This document shows, one piece after another, positions 1 through 10,780 of a DNA stretch of 61,732 bases. The stretch is from a virus. Its lineage: Duplodnaviria > Caudoviricetes. The stretch spans positions 1-61,732 of IMG/VR virus record IMGVR_UViG_3300030329_003372; one strand, given 5' to 3'. Every line of letters starts with the position of its first letter. Positions within the stretch are counted from its first letter, which is position 1. A program made the translations under genes and the position numbers. The notes beneath the pieces were generated by a model. It made no database searches, was not told the origin of the DNA, and saw only the letters and a list, made by a program, of their open reading frames with translations.

Positions 1-1
1 A

Positions 2-3000
2 TCATTTTCTGTTGGTGAAGTAATCTACAAAGCAGATGGGTCAAAAATTGGAACAATTACTGCTGTAGGTTCAACTTCTATTACAATTGGTGGTGGGACT
101 TTAGTTGCAGTAGCAGACCATGATGTAGTCTTCAAAGGTAATCGTGTGTATGCAGCGGGTAAAGGTGCATGGCATCCGAAACTCGGCTTCTCTCCTTACG
201 GTGCGGCGTCTTCATGCCTGAATGTCTTGAGTCATCTCCCGTCTGCATATCCAATGTTGAACAGTCCTGAAGCATCACCGATTTCTGATGGTCATGAATC
301 GAGTTATTTGACAGGTTTTGGTTCTGCCTTACTACACGCACCATATCATTGGAATGTATTCCGTCCATTAGCAAATTATTTTTCAAGTGCCGCCGAAGGT
401 ATTTATTGTCAAACACAACATAATGATTACCACTACAATAACTACGCAATTGGCAACCAACACAATACATACACACCTGAACACTACGACATTACCAACT
501 TTGATTTGCCGTCAAAGATGTATCATCCACAGGGATTGTATAGCCGTGCTATGTTGGTGGTATCGTATGAAAGCGAGTTACCATTGATTGCCAAGCGTGA
601 CCGCGATGGTATCACATCTACAGGCGATTGGCTTGCTGTAGTCAGCAAAACAACGGCAGGTGTGGCTGCGGCTACGGCTATCACGTTCGCGGGAACAACA
701 CAATGGGACGAGCGAATCCACGACCCAAGCCGATACACCGCACCCGCTACAGCAGGGCCGAATGTTGAGGCTTTGATTGCAACAGGAACAGCACTACCAA
801 CTATCGCTGATATGAACGATGCCGATGCAAGTCCATTCAATGCAACGTATGGTCTTCATTCAGCAGTGACAGCCGATACTGCGTTGTTCAACGCCGAGCC
901 ATGTTTGAACCACATAGGTGACTTGTTCTTTGATTACGATAAGAGTCCCGGTTCAGGGCATTTGGAAACTTTCAGTGGAAGAACAGGAAGCGTAGAACGA
1001 AACCTTGCTCTCGGTTGGGAACAGCGCACAAGCGGTGCAGGTCTTGGGGATAGATACGGTGCATCTGATGACAATAACGCATATTGGATTGGTGATGTGA
1101 ACGGCTATGATACCTACAAGAATAACCCTGCCAAGAATTTCAGCGTCGAACACGTAGTTTGGAAGCGCATGGATGGTGGAAACCTCACTCTACCTGCATC
1201 CAACGCACGTGGTCTTGGTGCTGTGCCGTGGACAACGAGAGTGTTGAGTAACACACCGTATGTCATGGGTGAAGAGTTACTCGGTAACTGTCGCTTCTCC
1301 TTTGAAACAACCAACAGTGCGATGTTCCCTGTGATTCAAGCACAAGAATTGTCCCATCCACAACTCGCTGCTCGTCACCCTGATGAACTACGAAATGTGA
1401 TGATGATTCCAAACGAAGACATTCAGTTTGAAGAGATAGAGGTTCAAGATGATACAGGTCAATTCCATATTGTGGAAGGTGGCTCTCCATTTGGAACCAT
1501 TATTCGGGGCTTTAGAACAATAAGTGACCGAGGAACGGAAGGTTTGGCCCCTGCTGTCGCAAACAGTGGAATCTCACCAAACCTCAAAGTTCAGTTGCCA
1601 AATCCAGACAGCATACCGGGGAACATCATTGTTCGTTCAGGATTTGACCCCATCCAAGCCTATCAGACAGAAACAATCGGTGGCGGTGGTATGCTTCATC
1701 CCGGTATGGATGCGAGTGTCAAGCATTTGTTTAACAACAGCGTATTGAGTCCTCGTCTTGGGCCATCATATGACAATCTCAATTGGGAACACATCAGTCA
1801 AGAGGCTTCAGGGGTCGCTTTCCCTGATGTAAAGCACAGTGGTTGGGAAACAGCAACAAACAACAAACCCCTACAGACTTCATACGAATTACACGACCGC
1901 ACACTATTCTTCCACGTTACCAAGTCCGGTAGCACACATACACACCGTCATCCAACCACCTATACACACGCGGCAGGTGTAGTGAACAACAATCTCACTG
2001 CTGCTTCATATAGTGGAACAACTCTAACTGTAAATACAGCAATTAACGCGACACTATTCGGAACAGGATTTGGAGAGTCGGAAGTCAAGGATGGTCGTAG
2101 ATTCCTCCGTCTGTATGACGCTACTACAGGGCGCGGTGGTGTAGCGTCGTATACAAGCATCAGTGGTTCAGAATTTAGAGGCTGTGTCGGTGACCCTGAA
2201 TTCGATACTCTTGTCGCAGGGACGATTACAGCACTCAAGGTTGTTCCATCCTACTACATCCCCGCAGGTAGCAGTAGATTCTATGTAGCACGTAGACTAC
2301 GTGACCATAGCGAAGTGAGTGGGTCAAGTCCTGATATGGCACACACGCAATACTTCGACGGCGTGGCTGATTTCACTGTTGGAAGTGCTTCATACAATAA
2401 TGACCCAACAATCACACACGCATCCTCAACAGCAATTAGAGTAGGTATGCTTGTATCAGATGGTGGTGGCGGAAGTGGAATACCCGCAGGTGCATATGTA
2501 GCCTCTATTACAAACAACACAGAATTTGAATTATCGGTGGTTACAACGGGTGGGGCGAAAAGCAGCAGAACTCTAACCTTCCAAACACCCGCGTATGAGA
2601 TTTACAAGAAACCCAAACTCACACCGATGCCAATTCCGCGTATGGGTCATCACTACATCACACCAACGATGGCTATGCTACCGGGTCATTGGGCGCACCC
2701 TGCGTATCAGGCCGTGTATGACCTACATCGCGCTTGTCGCTCGTCTACATCACCTGTGTTGGAAAGACAGTTGATGGATGCACAGGGTAAGACGACACTC
2801 AAGGCAGCCGTAGCGTCGAGCGTCACCGACCAATTCGCTTCACATGACCCACCCATGCAATTCAGTTCACTTACAGCCACACCATCAGGTCCGAGCGACA
2901 TACATGGTGGGGCATTCACGCTGATGTTTGAATCAAAGGTCCGACACGATGGCTATGGAATTTTAGCATCGAAGGGCGAAGCGGGTGTCATCAACAGCAA

Positions 3001-6000
3001 GGGTGGACACACCGTTGTTTTGGAAGCGGCAGCAAATTACACACTTGACCAACACTTCCCTGACCCATCTGAAGTAGGTGCGTATCAAATTGTCATCCAA
3101 CCCAATCTACACAGTTCACAACTGACAGGATTCCATGCAAATGGTGGCGCTACTGCTCTACCTGATGGGTCCGTCGAAGAACTCACCAATCAACAGGTTG
3201 CTTTAGTCATAGGATTGAAGCAAGCAGATGAGCATCGTGGTGCGGTAGCACTTGTTTTGGCCGAAGCAACGATGGCTGATGTGCGCGGCTGTGAGATATT
3301 CATCAACGAATTGATGATTGACCTTGACCCCGACCACGGTTCACAGTTCACCAACATACCACCTCTTCTCACCTACAACGCATTGGGTGTGCAAGGCACA
3401 GAATCACCTGCGTTTACACGTGCCAATTCTTTCCCGTATCATCCCGGTATGTTTGCTAATGCTACACCCGGTTTCACAACAAACATCCCGTGGTGGACGA
3501 TAATCCACAGCGACCCTACACACGCTAATGCTGTTGGATTTAGGCATCTTTCGGTGTATCGCTTTGATGATTACTATGAATTCTGTCGTGCCAACTTTGG
3601 TTCTATATCATCACAATTGACACTTGCGGGCTATCCAAGCATCTATCCTGATATTTACTCACCCATCTTAGAGAATACAAGTCTGAATCCAAGTGCAATT
3701 GTCAAAGAAGTAGACACCAACGGAAAGGCTTCGTGGGCTATTGATTCAAACTACACAGGTATTCGTGTTGATGATGCTCGCGCCTTTATGGAAGAGCCGT
3801 ATTTCGGGCAGGTGTTAGAATATACTGACAACAATGGTGTAAGACGAACAAAAACGTATACCTTCCGTTCGGGTGTGCAAGATGGCGTAAAGAACACACC
3901 AAGTGCATTCTCTATTGAATTGGTCACAGCGATGGATAAGGACGACCCCTTCTACGCGAACTTAGAAGCCGGTATGACCATTCGATTGTCACGTGCATAT
4001 GATTTCAAACCCGCAGGTTCGATTTTCACCGACGCTGATACAAGCATTATAACGCGCACTTTACCACAGACACTACAGGGTAGTCGAGATACAAACTCTC
4101 TCCACATGGCTGATGCCTTCCTATCACTTTGGCATCCTAACCTCGGTCGTTCACACACATTCTACAGCGATAGCAGCAGAACTTGGGGAACGCCCACAAG
4201 TGACCGAGCGGTTGATGCTAAACCATACAACATGATGCCCGAACACTTTGAAACAATTCATTATCACGATGCAACATACTACGCGAGCATGGGACCATTC
4301 GGATTCCATATCCAAACACCCGTGCCTTCATATCACGTAGAGGGTGATGCTTTGGTTTCAGGTGTTACAACAGCAGGGCATATACACACTATTACCCATA
4401 ATACGTTGAGTAGTGCCATAGCGGTTGGAACTTTCGTAACGATTAATGGCAAGGCTATAGGAACTGTATACGCCTCTACAACAGGTCAGATACAAATTGC
4501 ACAGCAAAACATCCCAACAATCAAGGTTGGTGATGCAATCTATATTCAGGGTGATGGAAGTGTTGGAGAGGCAAACGTCATTGATGGTATCACGGGTTTG
4601 ACACATCAGGGTGGACAGTTCGATGGTAGCGATGCACAATCAAAAACCATGCTCAACAAGTTTTGGCCTTCGGGTAGTCGCGGTGGCCCTCTTGTTAGCC
4701 GATTAGATGGTTACGCATACGTTTCAACAGCGTGGACATACCCACGACAATACGATTATGATACACCTGTTTGGTCTGACCAAGACGATGATAATTCATA
4801 CGCTGTTTCAAGTGGAATAACAAAGGGAAATTATGCTGTAAGTAGCACAAGACCACGACCTTTCGGTTATCGTTACGGTCTACGCCAACCATTCAATCGC
4901 CCTCAATGGTCGTTACATGGAGGACGAGGCTATATCGAAGCAAATGAAGGCGGTAGCAGTGGCACGACATTCCTACGAGGTTACAAACATGGGCCACTTG
5001 TTCAAGAAGAAACACAAACTTGGACATACACAGGTGGGTCAGGACTTTCAAACGCTACATATCCAAGCACCTACGTTGGAATCATGGAAAGAAAGACCAA
5101 CTTCAGTGGTATGCTTGCGGGTGATAAATCAGAATGGCAGGTAAGATACAGTGAGGGCCGACGCATGACACGGCCTTTCGGTTGCCCGATTCGCACACTA
5201 CGTAATACGAATAACGTGCCACGTGATTGGTGGGGTGACGGCGAAGGGAAGAATCTCTCAACCATAGACCAAATCGCAGGTTACTACATTGTAGATTGGT
5301 GGGGTAACACACGTGGTGAAGATGTTAGACGATACCCTGTTCGTGGGTTTGGTATCAGGCCCGCGTGGGACTGTGGAAATGCCTACGAATACGACCGAAC
5401 CAATGGTCGAACACCATTTGAGAGAATCTTGAACGACGAGAAACCAATTTTCAACACAAAGAATGTGGTGGCTTGGAATGGCACTACAGTCAGCGTTACA
5501 AGTAACTACACACTACCTCGTTTCGGCGGCACGATGAACGATGATAATAACAACAACACCGATAAGTTGGTTGATGTATTTGCTCCGACACACTCGATGC
5601 GTATCGGTGACATGGGTAACGGTCGTGGTGTGAGATACCCAACACAGTTCAATGAAGATGTGCTTACAGCGCTCGATGAACCTACACACGTGACAGGTCT
5701 TGTGCTGTCAAGCAACACAGCGGAACCACCTGTATCAGACGGACTCATCAGACCACGAAACGATGTTCTCCAAGCAGATGAGATTAAGCGTGGTATCAGC
5801 AACAAGTTGGATATTGCAGAAGATGGTTTGTTGAAGCCCGAAGCAGTTGTCAGCGACCGAATAGAAACCATTTCAGGCACATCACCACACAAGGACCCAA
5901 TCAGCCGTTCATCGCCACGTATCGGTATAGACGCCGAGAACGACCAAGCCACCGAAGCGAGTCTTGTTGCTATCAATACCGAAGCACACAGCCTACACAC

Positions 6001-7576
6001 AGACCGTAACGTGGGACAACGCATCGTATTGGAGGGTGGTATGGTATCAGGCTCGCAGACACTCGCGCACTATGACCTGACAGCACTCACCTTTGCAGGT
6101 CAGCCACAGGGTGGCGTTATGCGCTTCAGCCACACCAATCCGTTCACCGTCTTGGGCGGCACGTATGTGTTGGAAGCACGAAACTATCTGAAGTATGTAG
6201 ATGATACAGGTTGGACAGCAATCCCAACATCAGGTATGTGTCTTTGGTTGAAGGCTGATAATCTGACACTTGCTGACGGTGCGGCTGTAACACAATGGAA
6301 TGATTTATCGGGCAACTCAAGAAATTTCACTCAAGGAACCACAAGTAAACAACCCGCGTATGTAGCAAGCGAGGCCGGTTTCAACAATATGCCTGTAGTG
6401 AGAGGTGATGGAGGCGACAAATTAGAACTCGCCTTTGATGCTGGTTTAAATACAAATCAATTTACTACATTTGTTGTTGGTGCTGTGAATACTGATACTG
6501 ATGCTTATGAGGCCATCATAGAAAGCCGATACACATACGGTAGTGGTGCGATAAGACGCGGTTTCAACATCTATGCCGATATGAGAAATACCGGCGGTAA
6601 CAACAATTGGGAATTTTGGGCGGGTGTAGATAGTGCATGGAATTCTCTAAGCGCAGGTTCAAATTCAGCAAATCCAAGCGGTGCAGCATCGTTAATTACA
6701 ATTCAAATTAGCGGCGGTGATGGTGCCGGTGCTTCAGCAACACAATTATTACGTGTTGATGGAACACAGATTGGAACTGCTACTATTGCTTATCACAAAG
6801 CAGATACAGGTGGTTACAATGTTGGTGCGGTTGAAACATCATCATATATGTTGAATGGCGAAATAGCAGAAATCATTCAATACAACCGCGCTCTAAGCAC
6901 AGAAGAAATCAAACAAGTGGAAGCCTACCTTGCTACGAAGTATGGTATCAGCGGAACAGCCGGGTTCAAGACAAGCAATCCGTATGAAACAGCAACGTTC
7001 CCTGCTGTTTTGGGACAAACGAACTTCGCAGACAAGAGCATGAAATTCCTTGTGCGGCCCGTGCGTATGCTCGATAAGCAACACGTTGAAATCTTCCGAC
7101 CAAACAATTCACTTCACAGTAGTTCACCACAATACGGTTCGACCGCTTACAGTGCGACGGCAGGTGGTAAGTATGGTGTGTTCGCATACGAGATGCCGAA
7201 CTCACGTGCATCAGCAGTGTATATGCGCGTGGCTAATCCCGACACCAATCCACCTTACGCACCTGTATACAGAATCGTTCCCGGTGTGAGCGATAGTGTG
7301 CCTGTGGGTGTGGGTCCGAAACTACTTGGAGCAGGTATGGCCGACTTCGACAAGACAACAATCGGAACCACAGTCAGTCGTTTGGTCATCAGTGAGAATA
7401 CACTTCAACACCACCGTTCAGATGCCGCGCGACGCAGAACTGTAACCGATGATGATGGTGTGGAAACGCGCACAGACTACAACGTGCAACCAAGATTCAG
7501 TCAATCCCTGCATCCAAAGGGTCACAAAGGAGATGTGTCCTTCAACACATCAGACCACAGTGGTGATGCTTCGTGA
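2..7576 (+). CDS. Giant virion/tail protein (>2,500 aa, 5'-truncated) with a LamG/concanavalin-like domain near the C-terminus
   Basis: The frame is open from nt 2. Gly/Thr/Ser-rich. 'LWLKADN...VTQWNDLSGN...LNGEIAEIIQYNRALS..EIKQVEAYLATKYG' is a typical LamG-like signature. Confidence 0.75.
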   Translation, partial: SFSVGEVIYKADGSKIGTITAVGSTSITIGGGTLVAVADHDVVFKGNRVYAAGKGAWHPKLGFSPYGAASSCLNVLSHLPSAYPMLNSPEASPISDGHESSYLTGFGSALLHAPYHWNVFRPLANYFSSAAEGIYCQTQHNDYHYNNYAIGNQHNTYTPEHYDITNFDLPSKMYHPQGLYSRAMLVVSYESELPLIAKRDRDGITSTGDWLAVVSKTTAGVAAATAITFAGTTQWDERIHDPSRYTAPATAGPNVEALIATGTALPTIADMNDADASPFNATYGLHSAVTADTALFNAEPCLNHIGDLFFDYDKSPGSGHLETFSGRTGSVERNLALGWEQRTSGAGLGDRYGASDDNNAYWIGDVNGYDTYKNNPAKNFSVEHVVWKRMDGGNLTLPASNARGLGAVPWTTRVLSNTPYVMGEELLGNCRFSFETTNSAMFPVIQAQELSHPQLAARHPDELRNVMMIPNEDIQFEEIEVQDDTGQFHIVEGGSPFGTIIRGFRTISDRGTEGLAPAVANSGISPNLKVQLPNPDSIPGNIIVRSGFDPIQAYQTETIGGGGMLHPGMDASVKHLFNNSVLSPRLGPSYDNLNWEHISQEASGVAFPDVKHSGWETATNNKPLQTSYELHDRTLFFHVTKSGSTHTHRHPTTYTHAAGVVNNNLTAASYSGTTLTVNTAINATLFGTGFGESEVKDGRRFLRLYDATTGRGGVASYTSISGSEFRGCVGDPEFDTLVAGTITALKVVPSYYIPAGSSRFYVARRLRDHSEVSGSSPDMAHTQYFDGVADFTVGSASYNNDPTITHASSTAIRVGMLVSDGGGGSGIPAGAYVASITNNTEFELSVVTTGGAKSSRTLTFQTPAYEIYKKPKLTPMPIPRMGHHYITPTMAMLPGHWAHPAYQAVYDLHRACRSSTSPVLERQLMDAQGKTTLKAAVASSVTDQFASHDPPMQFSSLTATPSGPSDIHGGAFTLMFESKVRHDGYGILASKGEAGVINSKGGHTVVLEAAANYTLDQHFPDPSEVGAYQIVIQPNLHSSQLTGFHANGGATALPDGSVEELTNQQVALVIGLKQADEHRGAVALVLAEATMADVRGCEIFINELMIDLDPDHGSQFTNIPPLLTYNALGVQGTESPAFTRANSFPYHPGMFANATPGFTTNIPWWTIIHSDPTHANAVGFRHLSVYRFDDYYEFCRANFGSISSQLTLAGYPSIYPDIYSPILENTSLNPSAIVKEVDTNGKASWAIDSNYTGIRVDDARAFMEEPYFGQVLEYTDNNGVRRTKTYTFRSGVQDGVKNTPSAFSIELVTAMDKDDPFYANLEAGMTIRLSRAYDFKPAGSIFTDADTSIITRTLPQTLQGSRDTNSLHMADAFLSLWHPNLGRSHTFYSDSSRTWGTPTSDRAVDAKPYNMMPEHFETIHYHDATYYASMGPFGFHIQTPVPSYHVEGDALVSGVTTAGHIHTITHNTLSSAIAVGTFVTINGKAIGTVYASTTGQIQIAQQNIPTIKVGDAIYIQGDGSVGEANVIDGITGLTHQGGQFDGSDAQSKTMLNKFWPSGSRGGPLVSRLDGYAYVSTAWTYPRQYDYDTPVWSDQDDDNSYAVSSGITKGNYAVSSTRPRPFGYRYGLRQPFNRPQWSLHGGRGYIEANEGGSSGTTFLRGYKHGPLVQEETQTWTYTGGSGLSNATYPSTYVGIMERKTNFSGMLAGDKSEWQVRYSEGRRMTRPFGCPIRTLRNTNNVPRDWWGDGEGKNLSTIDQIAGYYIVDWWGNTRGEDVRRYPVRGFGIRPAWDCGNAYEYDRTNGRTPFERILNDEKPIFNTKNVVAWNGTTVSVTSNYTLPRFGGTMNDDNNNNTDKLVDVFAPTHSMRIGDMGNGRGVRYPTQFNEDVLTALDEPTHVTGLVLSSNTAEPPVSDGLIRPRNDVLQADEIKRGISNKLDIAEDGLLKPEAVVSDRIETISGTSPHKDPISRSSPRIGIDAENDQATEASLVAINTEAHSLHTDRNVGQRIVLEGGMVSGSQTLAHYDLTALTFAGQPQGGVMRFSHTNPFTVLGGTYVLEARNYLKYVDDTGWTAIPTSGMCLWLKADNLTLADGAAVTQWNDLSGNSRNFTQGTTSKQPAYVASEAGFNNMPVVRGDGGDKLELAFDAGLNTNQFTTFVVGAVNTDTDAYEAIIESRYTYGSGAIRRGFNIYADMRNTGGNNNWEFWAGVDSAWNSLSAGSNSANPSGAASLITIQISGGDGAGASATQLLRVDGTQIGTATIAYHKADTGGYNVGAVETSSYMLNGEIAEIIQYNRALSTEEIKQVEAYLATKYGISGTAGFKTSNPYETATFPAVLGQTNFADKSMKFLVRPVRMLDKQHVEIFRPNNSLHSSSPQYGSTAYSATAGGKYGVFAYEMPNSRASAVYMRVANPDTNPPYAPVYRIVPGVSDSVPVGVGPKLLGAGMADFDKTTIGTTVSRLVISENTLQHHRSDAARRRTVTDDDGVETRTDYNVQPRFSQSLHPKGHKGDVSFNTSDHSGDAS

Positions 7577-8994
7577 CACTGATAACCGACACAGCCGTAG
7601 GTCGCTTCAGCACAAGTGTGGATGAAGTCATGAGTCACGTGCGTAAGCCTGTGTTCGTGGACAACGCTATCCATCATGCTCGCGTGGAAGTGGCTATGGA
7701 TGGAAAGAACAAAGTGACCATCGAAAAAAGCAACACAACCACCTTCAAAGTAACACCCGAAAGGCGATACAAAATCGTAGAAGGAGAGTCGTCTTTACAG
7801 GTCACCCATAATTTAACGCCGGGTCACAGATATACCGGTAACCCGTTCTATAGCGATGACAAAATTTCATCTTCAAACCAACCTGACCTGTTGTTCAACG
7901 CAGATGCGATTTCAGAACGGTTAGCACCATCCAGCAACGCCAGCAGCACGACAGGAAGGACGTTGTTTCTCCAAAATATGAAGAATCAGCGAATTGCAAA
8001 TGTGGGTTTTTCGGGTGATAAGGTGCATTTTGCTAATCCTATTGATGTAGGTTTAAGAACTACAGACCTTGCTATCAAAATGGGGAAGAGCCTGACGGGA
8101 ACGGGCGTAAGAGTGAACATTGGTTTGCCTTTGTCATCAGGCAACACAGGTAACACACGTAATCATTCAACCCGATATTTGGCTCAAAATTTCAATGAAG
8201 TAAATTTGAAATCAGCACTGAAATTCATTTCAAGACACGACAAAAGAATGATTTTGTTTGACAAGTTTGGCAACTTGTTGTATGTTCCGTTGAGATTCAC
8301 AGAATCGGAACGTGTGATTGACTCATCGTTGCGATTGGGTAATGAAAAAGAGGACCCCATCGAAGACACACCTAATCGAATTCTGATTCAAGGTGGACAA
8401 CGTGCTTTGAACGACCATGCACAGGTCATCGTAGACAATGCTGAACAACAGTCGGGTGATGAAGGGGTGATTGTCGGAGAACCGACAGTTATCACTGATA
8501 TGAGCGTGAGAACGAAGCAGGGCGCGAAGAGAGTAGCGCGTCAAATCCTTCAAGCAAACGCGGCTGCTAAGGGAAGCATCACTTCAACGGGTCACATGAG
8601 GAACACAGACTTGAGGCCCGGTGACACGGTGGTATTCAACGGTGTGCAGACAGCCGTTGTCGAATCAAGACACAAGTTGCCCGAAGGCATATCAGATTTG
8701 GTCTTGATGAACGTTGATACAGGATTAGAGGGTGTTCTAACGGGTATCAGGGAAGGGTCTGTAATCGAGAAGCAGGGCAGCAATCCCGACACGACACAAC
8801 AGAAGCAAACAATCAATCTCGGTTTCTTCGGAAACATCAAAATTAATGTAGCGTTAAATATCAAGGAGCGCGGCGTTGGAACAACTAAGATACTCTTGGG
8901 TGGAACAAAGGGAACCAAAACAAGAGGCAAGATTGGAAAGAACGGTCTACAATTGGGCGCAGCAAAGCGTGGTGTAAACAACATTAGGAAGTGA
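7573..8994 (+). CDS. Putative tail/baseplate hub-like structural protein
   Basis: GTGA overlap with the giant tail gene. 'FDKFGNLLY' and 'LRPGDTV' resemble hub/late-control-D-like proteins. Confidence 0.5.
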   Translation: MTLITDTAVGRFSTSVDEVMSHVRKPVFVDNAIHHARVEVAMDGKNKVTIEKSNTTTFKVTPERRYKIVEGESSLQVTHNLTPGHRYTGNPFYSDDKISSSNQPDLLFNADAISERLAPSSNASSTTGRTLFLQNMKNQRIANVGFSGDKVHFANPIDVGLRTTDLAIKMGKSLTGTGVRVNIGLPLSSGNTGNTRNHSTRYLAQNFNEVNLKSALKFISRHDKRMILFDKFGNLLYVPLRFTESERVIDSSLRLGNEKEDPIEDTPNRILIQGGQRALNDHAQVIVDNAEQQSGDEGVIVGEPTVITDMSVRTKQGAKRVARQILQANAAAKGSITSTGHMRNTDLRPGDTVVFNGVQTAVVESRHKLPEGISDLVLMNVDTGLEGVLTGIREGSVIEKQGSNPDTTQQKQTINLGFFGNIKINVALNIKERGVGTTKILLGGTKGTKTRGKIGKNGLQLGAAKRGVNNIRK

Positions 8995-8998
8995 ATGA

Positions 8999-9343
8999 AT
9001 GCCGGTATCGAATCATCTACGTAGACTACTTACGAAGACAATTGCAGACAACATCAACGAAGTGACGTTAGGCTTCGACGGAACATCAGCAACACCATCT
9101 GATGGCGCAGCAGGTAGACCTGCTATCACACTCACACCAACGGTCACAATCGTGGATGACGACACTATCTTGATTGAAGCCATTCTCCCCTTCGCTGATT
9201 CATTCGATGAAACTATCAAGGAGGTGTATGTCCAATTTCGTGGGGCGAGTAGTTTTACCCCCATCGGTCGGTTCACAACACGCCCTATCACAAAAACAAC
9301 AACGAATGAATTGGTCATACAAATTGTAATCGAGGTGGCATAA
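8999..9343 (+). CDS. Putative tail-fibre-associated structural protein
   Basis: 114-aa beta-rich ORF inside the tail operon. Confidence 0.45.
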   Translation: MPVSNHLRRLLTKTIADNINEVTLGFDGTSATPSDGAAGRPAITLTPTVTIVDDDTILIEAILPFADSFDETIKEVYVQFRGASSFTPIGRFTTRPITKTTTNELVIQIVIEVA

Positions 9344-10512
9344 TGGCAGGTAATCCCCTATCAGGACATACGAACGCGAACGTGAGTCTATCAGGCTCGG
9401 CATCAGCAGCAGACAAACTAATCGACGGGTCGCATATCCTATCGCCGTCGCTCACCAATCTCTACGAGGGTGTTCATGGCAACGGTATTCTGTTGCTACA
9501 AGACACAGCATCGGGTGACAGTAACAGAAGCGTCCCTGAAGATTTACCGGGTGTGATTGAGCAACAAACAAATGCATACACTGTGAGAGTTACCGGCGGT
9601 CACTGTGTGATAGACGGTGTTATCTACACCTTCGCCAATGGTCCGGGTAGTTACGTAGACATAGCCCTCACGAACAGCGCAGGTAAGAAGGGAAGCCCCG
9701 CTACTTTGTCGAGTGGACAGGAAGCACTCATTGTAATGTATGTATCATCAGATGGGAGCGGTGCATCAAAGAACGTGTTTTGGGAGATGGGAACACCCGT
9801 CACCACAGCAAGCAGCACCTATCCTTCGTGTCCTGTATCGTTCCTTAATTTCCCTGATGCTGCTCTCACTGTGAAACAAACAGTTGTTTTGGCTGTGTTG
9901 CGTGTTGTGTATGCTTCGGGTGGTGACTACAACATCAGTGTATCAGAAAGTAATGACAAGAGAGTGTTCCTTCGCCCGTCACCAATTTACTTTACACCCG
10001 TTACTTCGGGTGCGGTCGGAGCGACAGCAGCCGTTGATAGCCACACTGACCTTGATGCTTTACACACAGGCGCAGCACAAGCGGCTGACTTCGGTGCATC
10101 AACTCTTGGCGGTTTGTGGCAATCCTTCGGTGACCAAATCGGTAGCACCACAGCAGGTGACAACGACAAAGACGTTCTTTACTACAGTGCAACCCACGCT
10201 GCACGATTTACAAGGTCAGTCTTTGACCGTGTTCTCACAAGCACGGCTACGTCAATTGACCTAACAGCGGCTGATGCTAACATTCTTGTTTTGAATCCCG
10301 GCGGAACATTCGCTGTTACTACAAGCGGCTGTTTCCCTGCGGGCTACGTCATCGAAATCAAGAACACACATGGAACAAACACAGGCACGTTCGCCCTGAC
10401 CAACTCAACAACATCAGCAATTGGTGATACGGGAGATGCAGACGGCGGATATGCACGATTTGTTTGCACAGTAAGCCACGCGTCAGACCCCACCTTTGTC
10501 AGACTTCAGTGA
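9343..10512 (+). CDS. Putative tail fibre/virion protein
   Basis: 389 aa, Ser/Thr/Gly/Ala-rich; last gene of the + strand structural operon. Confidence 0.5.
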   Translation: MAGNPLSGHTNANVSLSGSASAADKLIDGSHILSPSLTNLYEGVHGNGILLLQDTASGDSNRSVPEDLPGVIEQQTNAYTVRVTGGHCVIDGVIYTFANGPGSYVDIALTNSAGKKGSPATLSSGQEALIVMYVSSDGSGASKNVFWEMGTPVTTASSTYPSCPVSFLNFPDAALTVKQTVVLAVLRVVYASGGDYNISVSESNDKRVFLRPSPIYFTPVTSGAVGATAAVDSHTDLDALHTGAAQAADFGASTLGGLWQSFGDQIGSTTAGDNDKDVLYYSATHAARFTRSVFDRVLTSTATSIDLTAADANILVLNPGGTFAVTTSGCFPAGYVIEIKNTHGTNTGTFALTNSTTSAIGDTGDADGGYARFVCTVSHASDPTFVRLQ

Positions 10513-10665
10513 TGAGTCTTGCCAAATGTGGCCGCACTCTTTACAGACCAACAGGCGCAGCCGCTCACGCTCTCCATCGAGGAAGCGAGCAGACAGCCTA
10601 CGCGGTATGTGGTTGTGTGTGCAACGACGGCACTTGACCTTCAACCGCTCAAGCAACCGACCCAT
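10483..10665 (-). CDS. Zn-ribbon protein (60 aa)
   Basis: CRRC...CKEC; ATG directly after the upstream stop. Confidence 0.6.
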   Translation of the reverse strand: MGRLLERLKVKCRRCTHNHIPRRLSARFLDGERERLRLLVCKECGHIWQDSSLKSDKGGV

Positions 10666-10666
10666 G

Positions 10667-10780
10667 TTATTCATCCTTCTCAAGTGTGAAAAACGAAAAC
10701 GCTGTGTGAACCAACCAAACAACAGTGACGGTGATGAACACACCCGCACACGCTTGGATGATGAAGTCAGTTATTGTCAT
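10667..10780 (-). CDS. Small membrane protein (37 aa)
   Basis: Manual translation MTITDFIIQACAGVFITVTVVWLVHTAFSFFTLEKDE; TGATG coupling to the thermosome gene. Confidence 0.5.
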   Translation of the reverse strand: MTITDFIIQACAGVFITVTVVWLVHTAFSFFTLEKDE

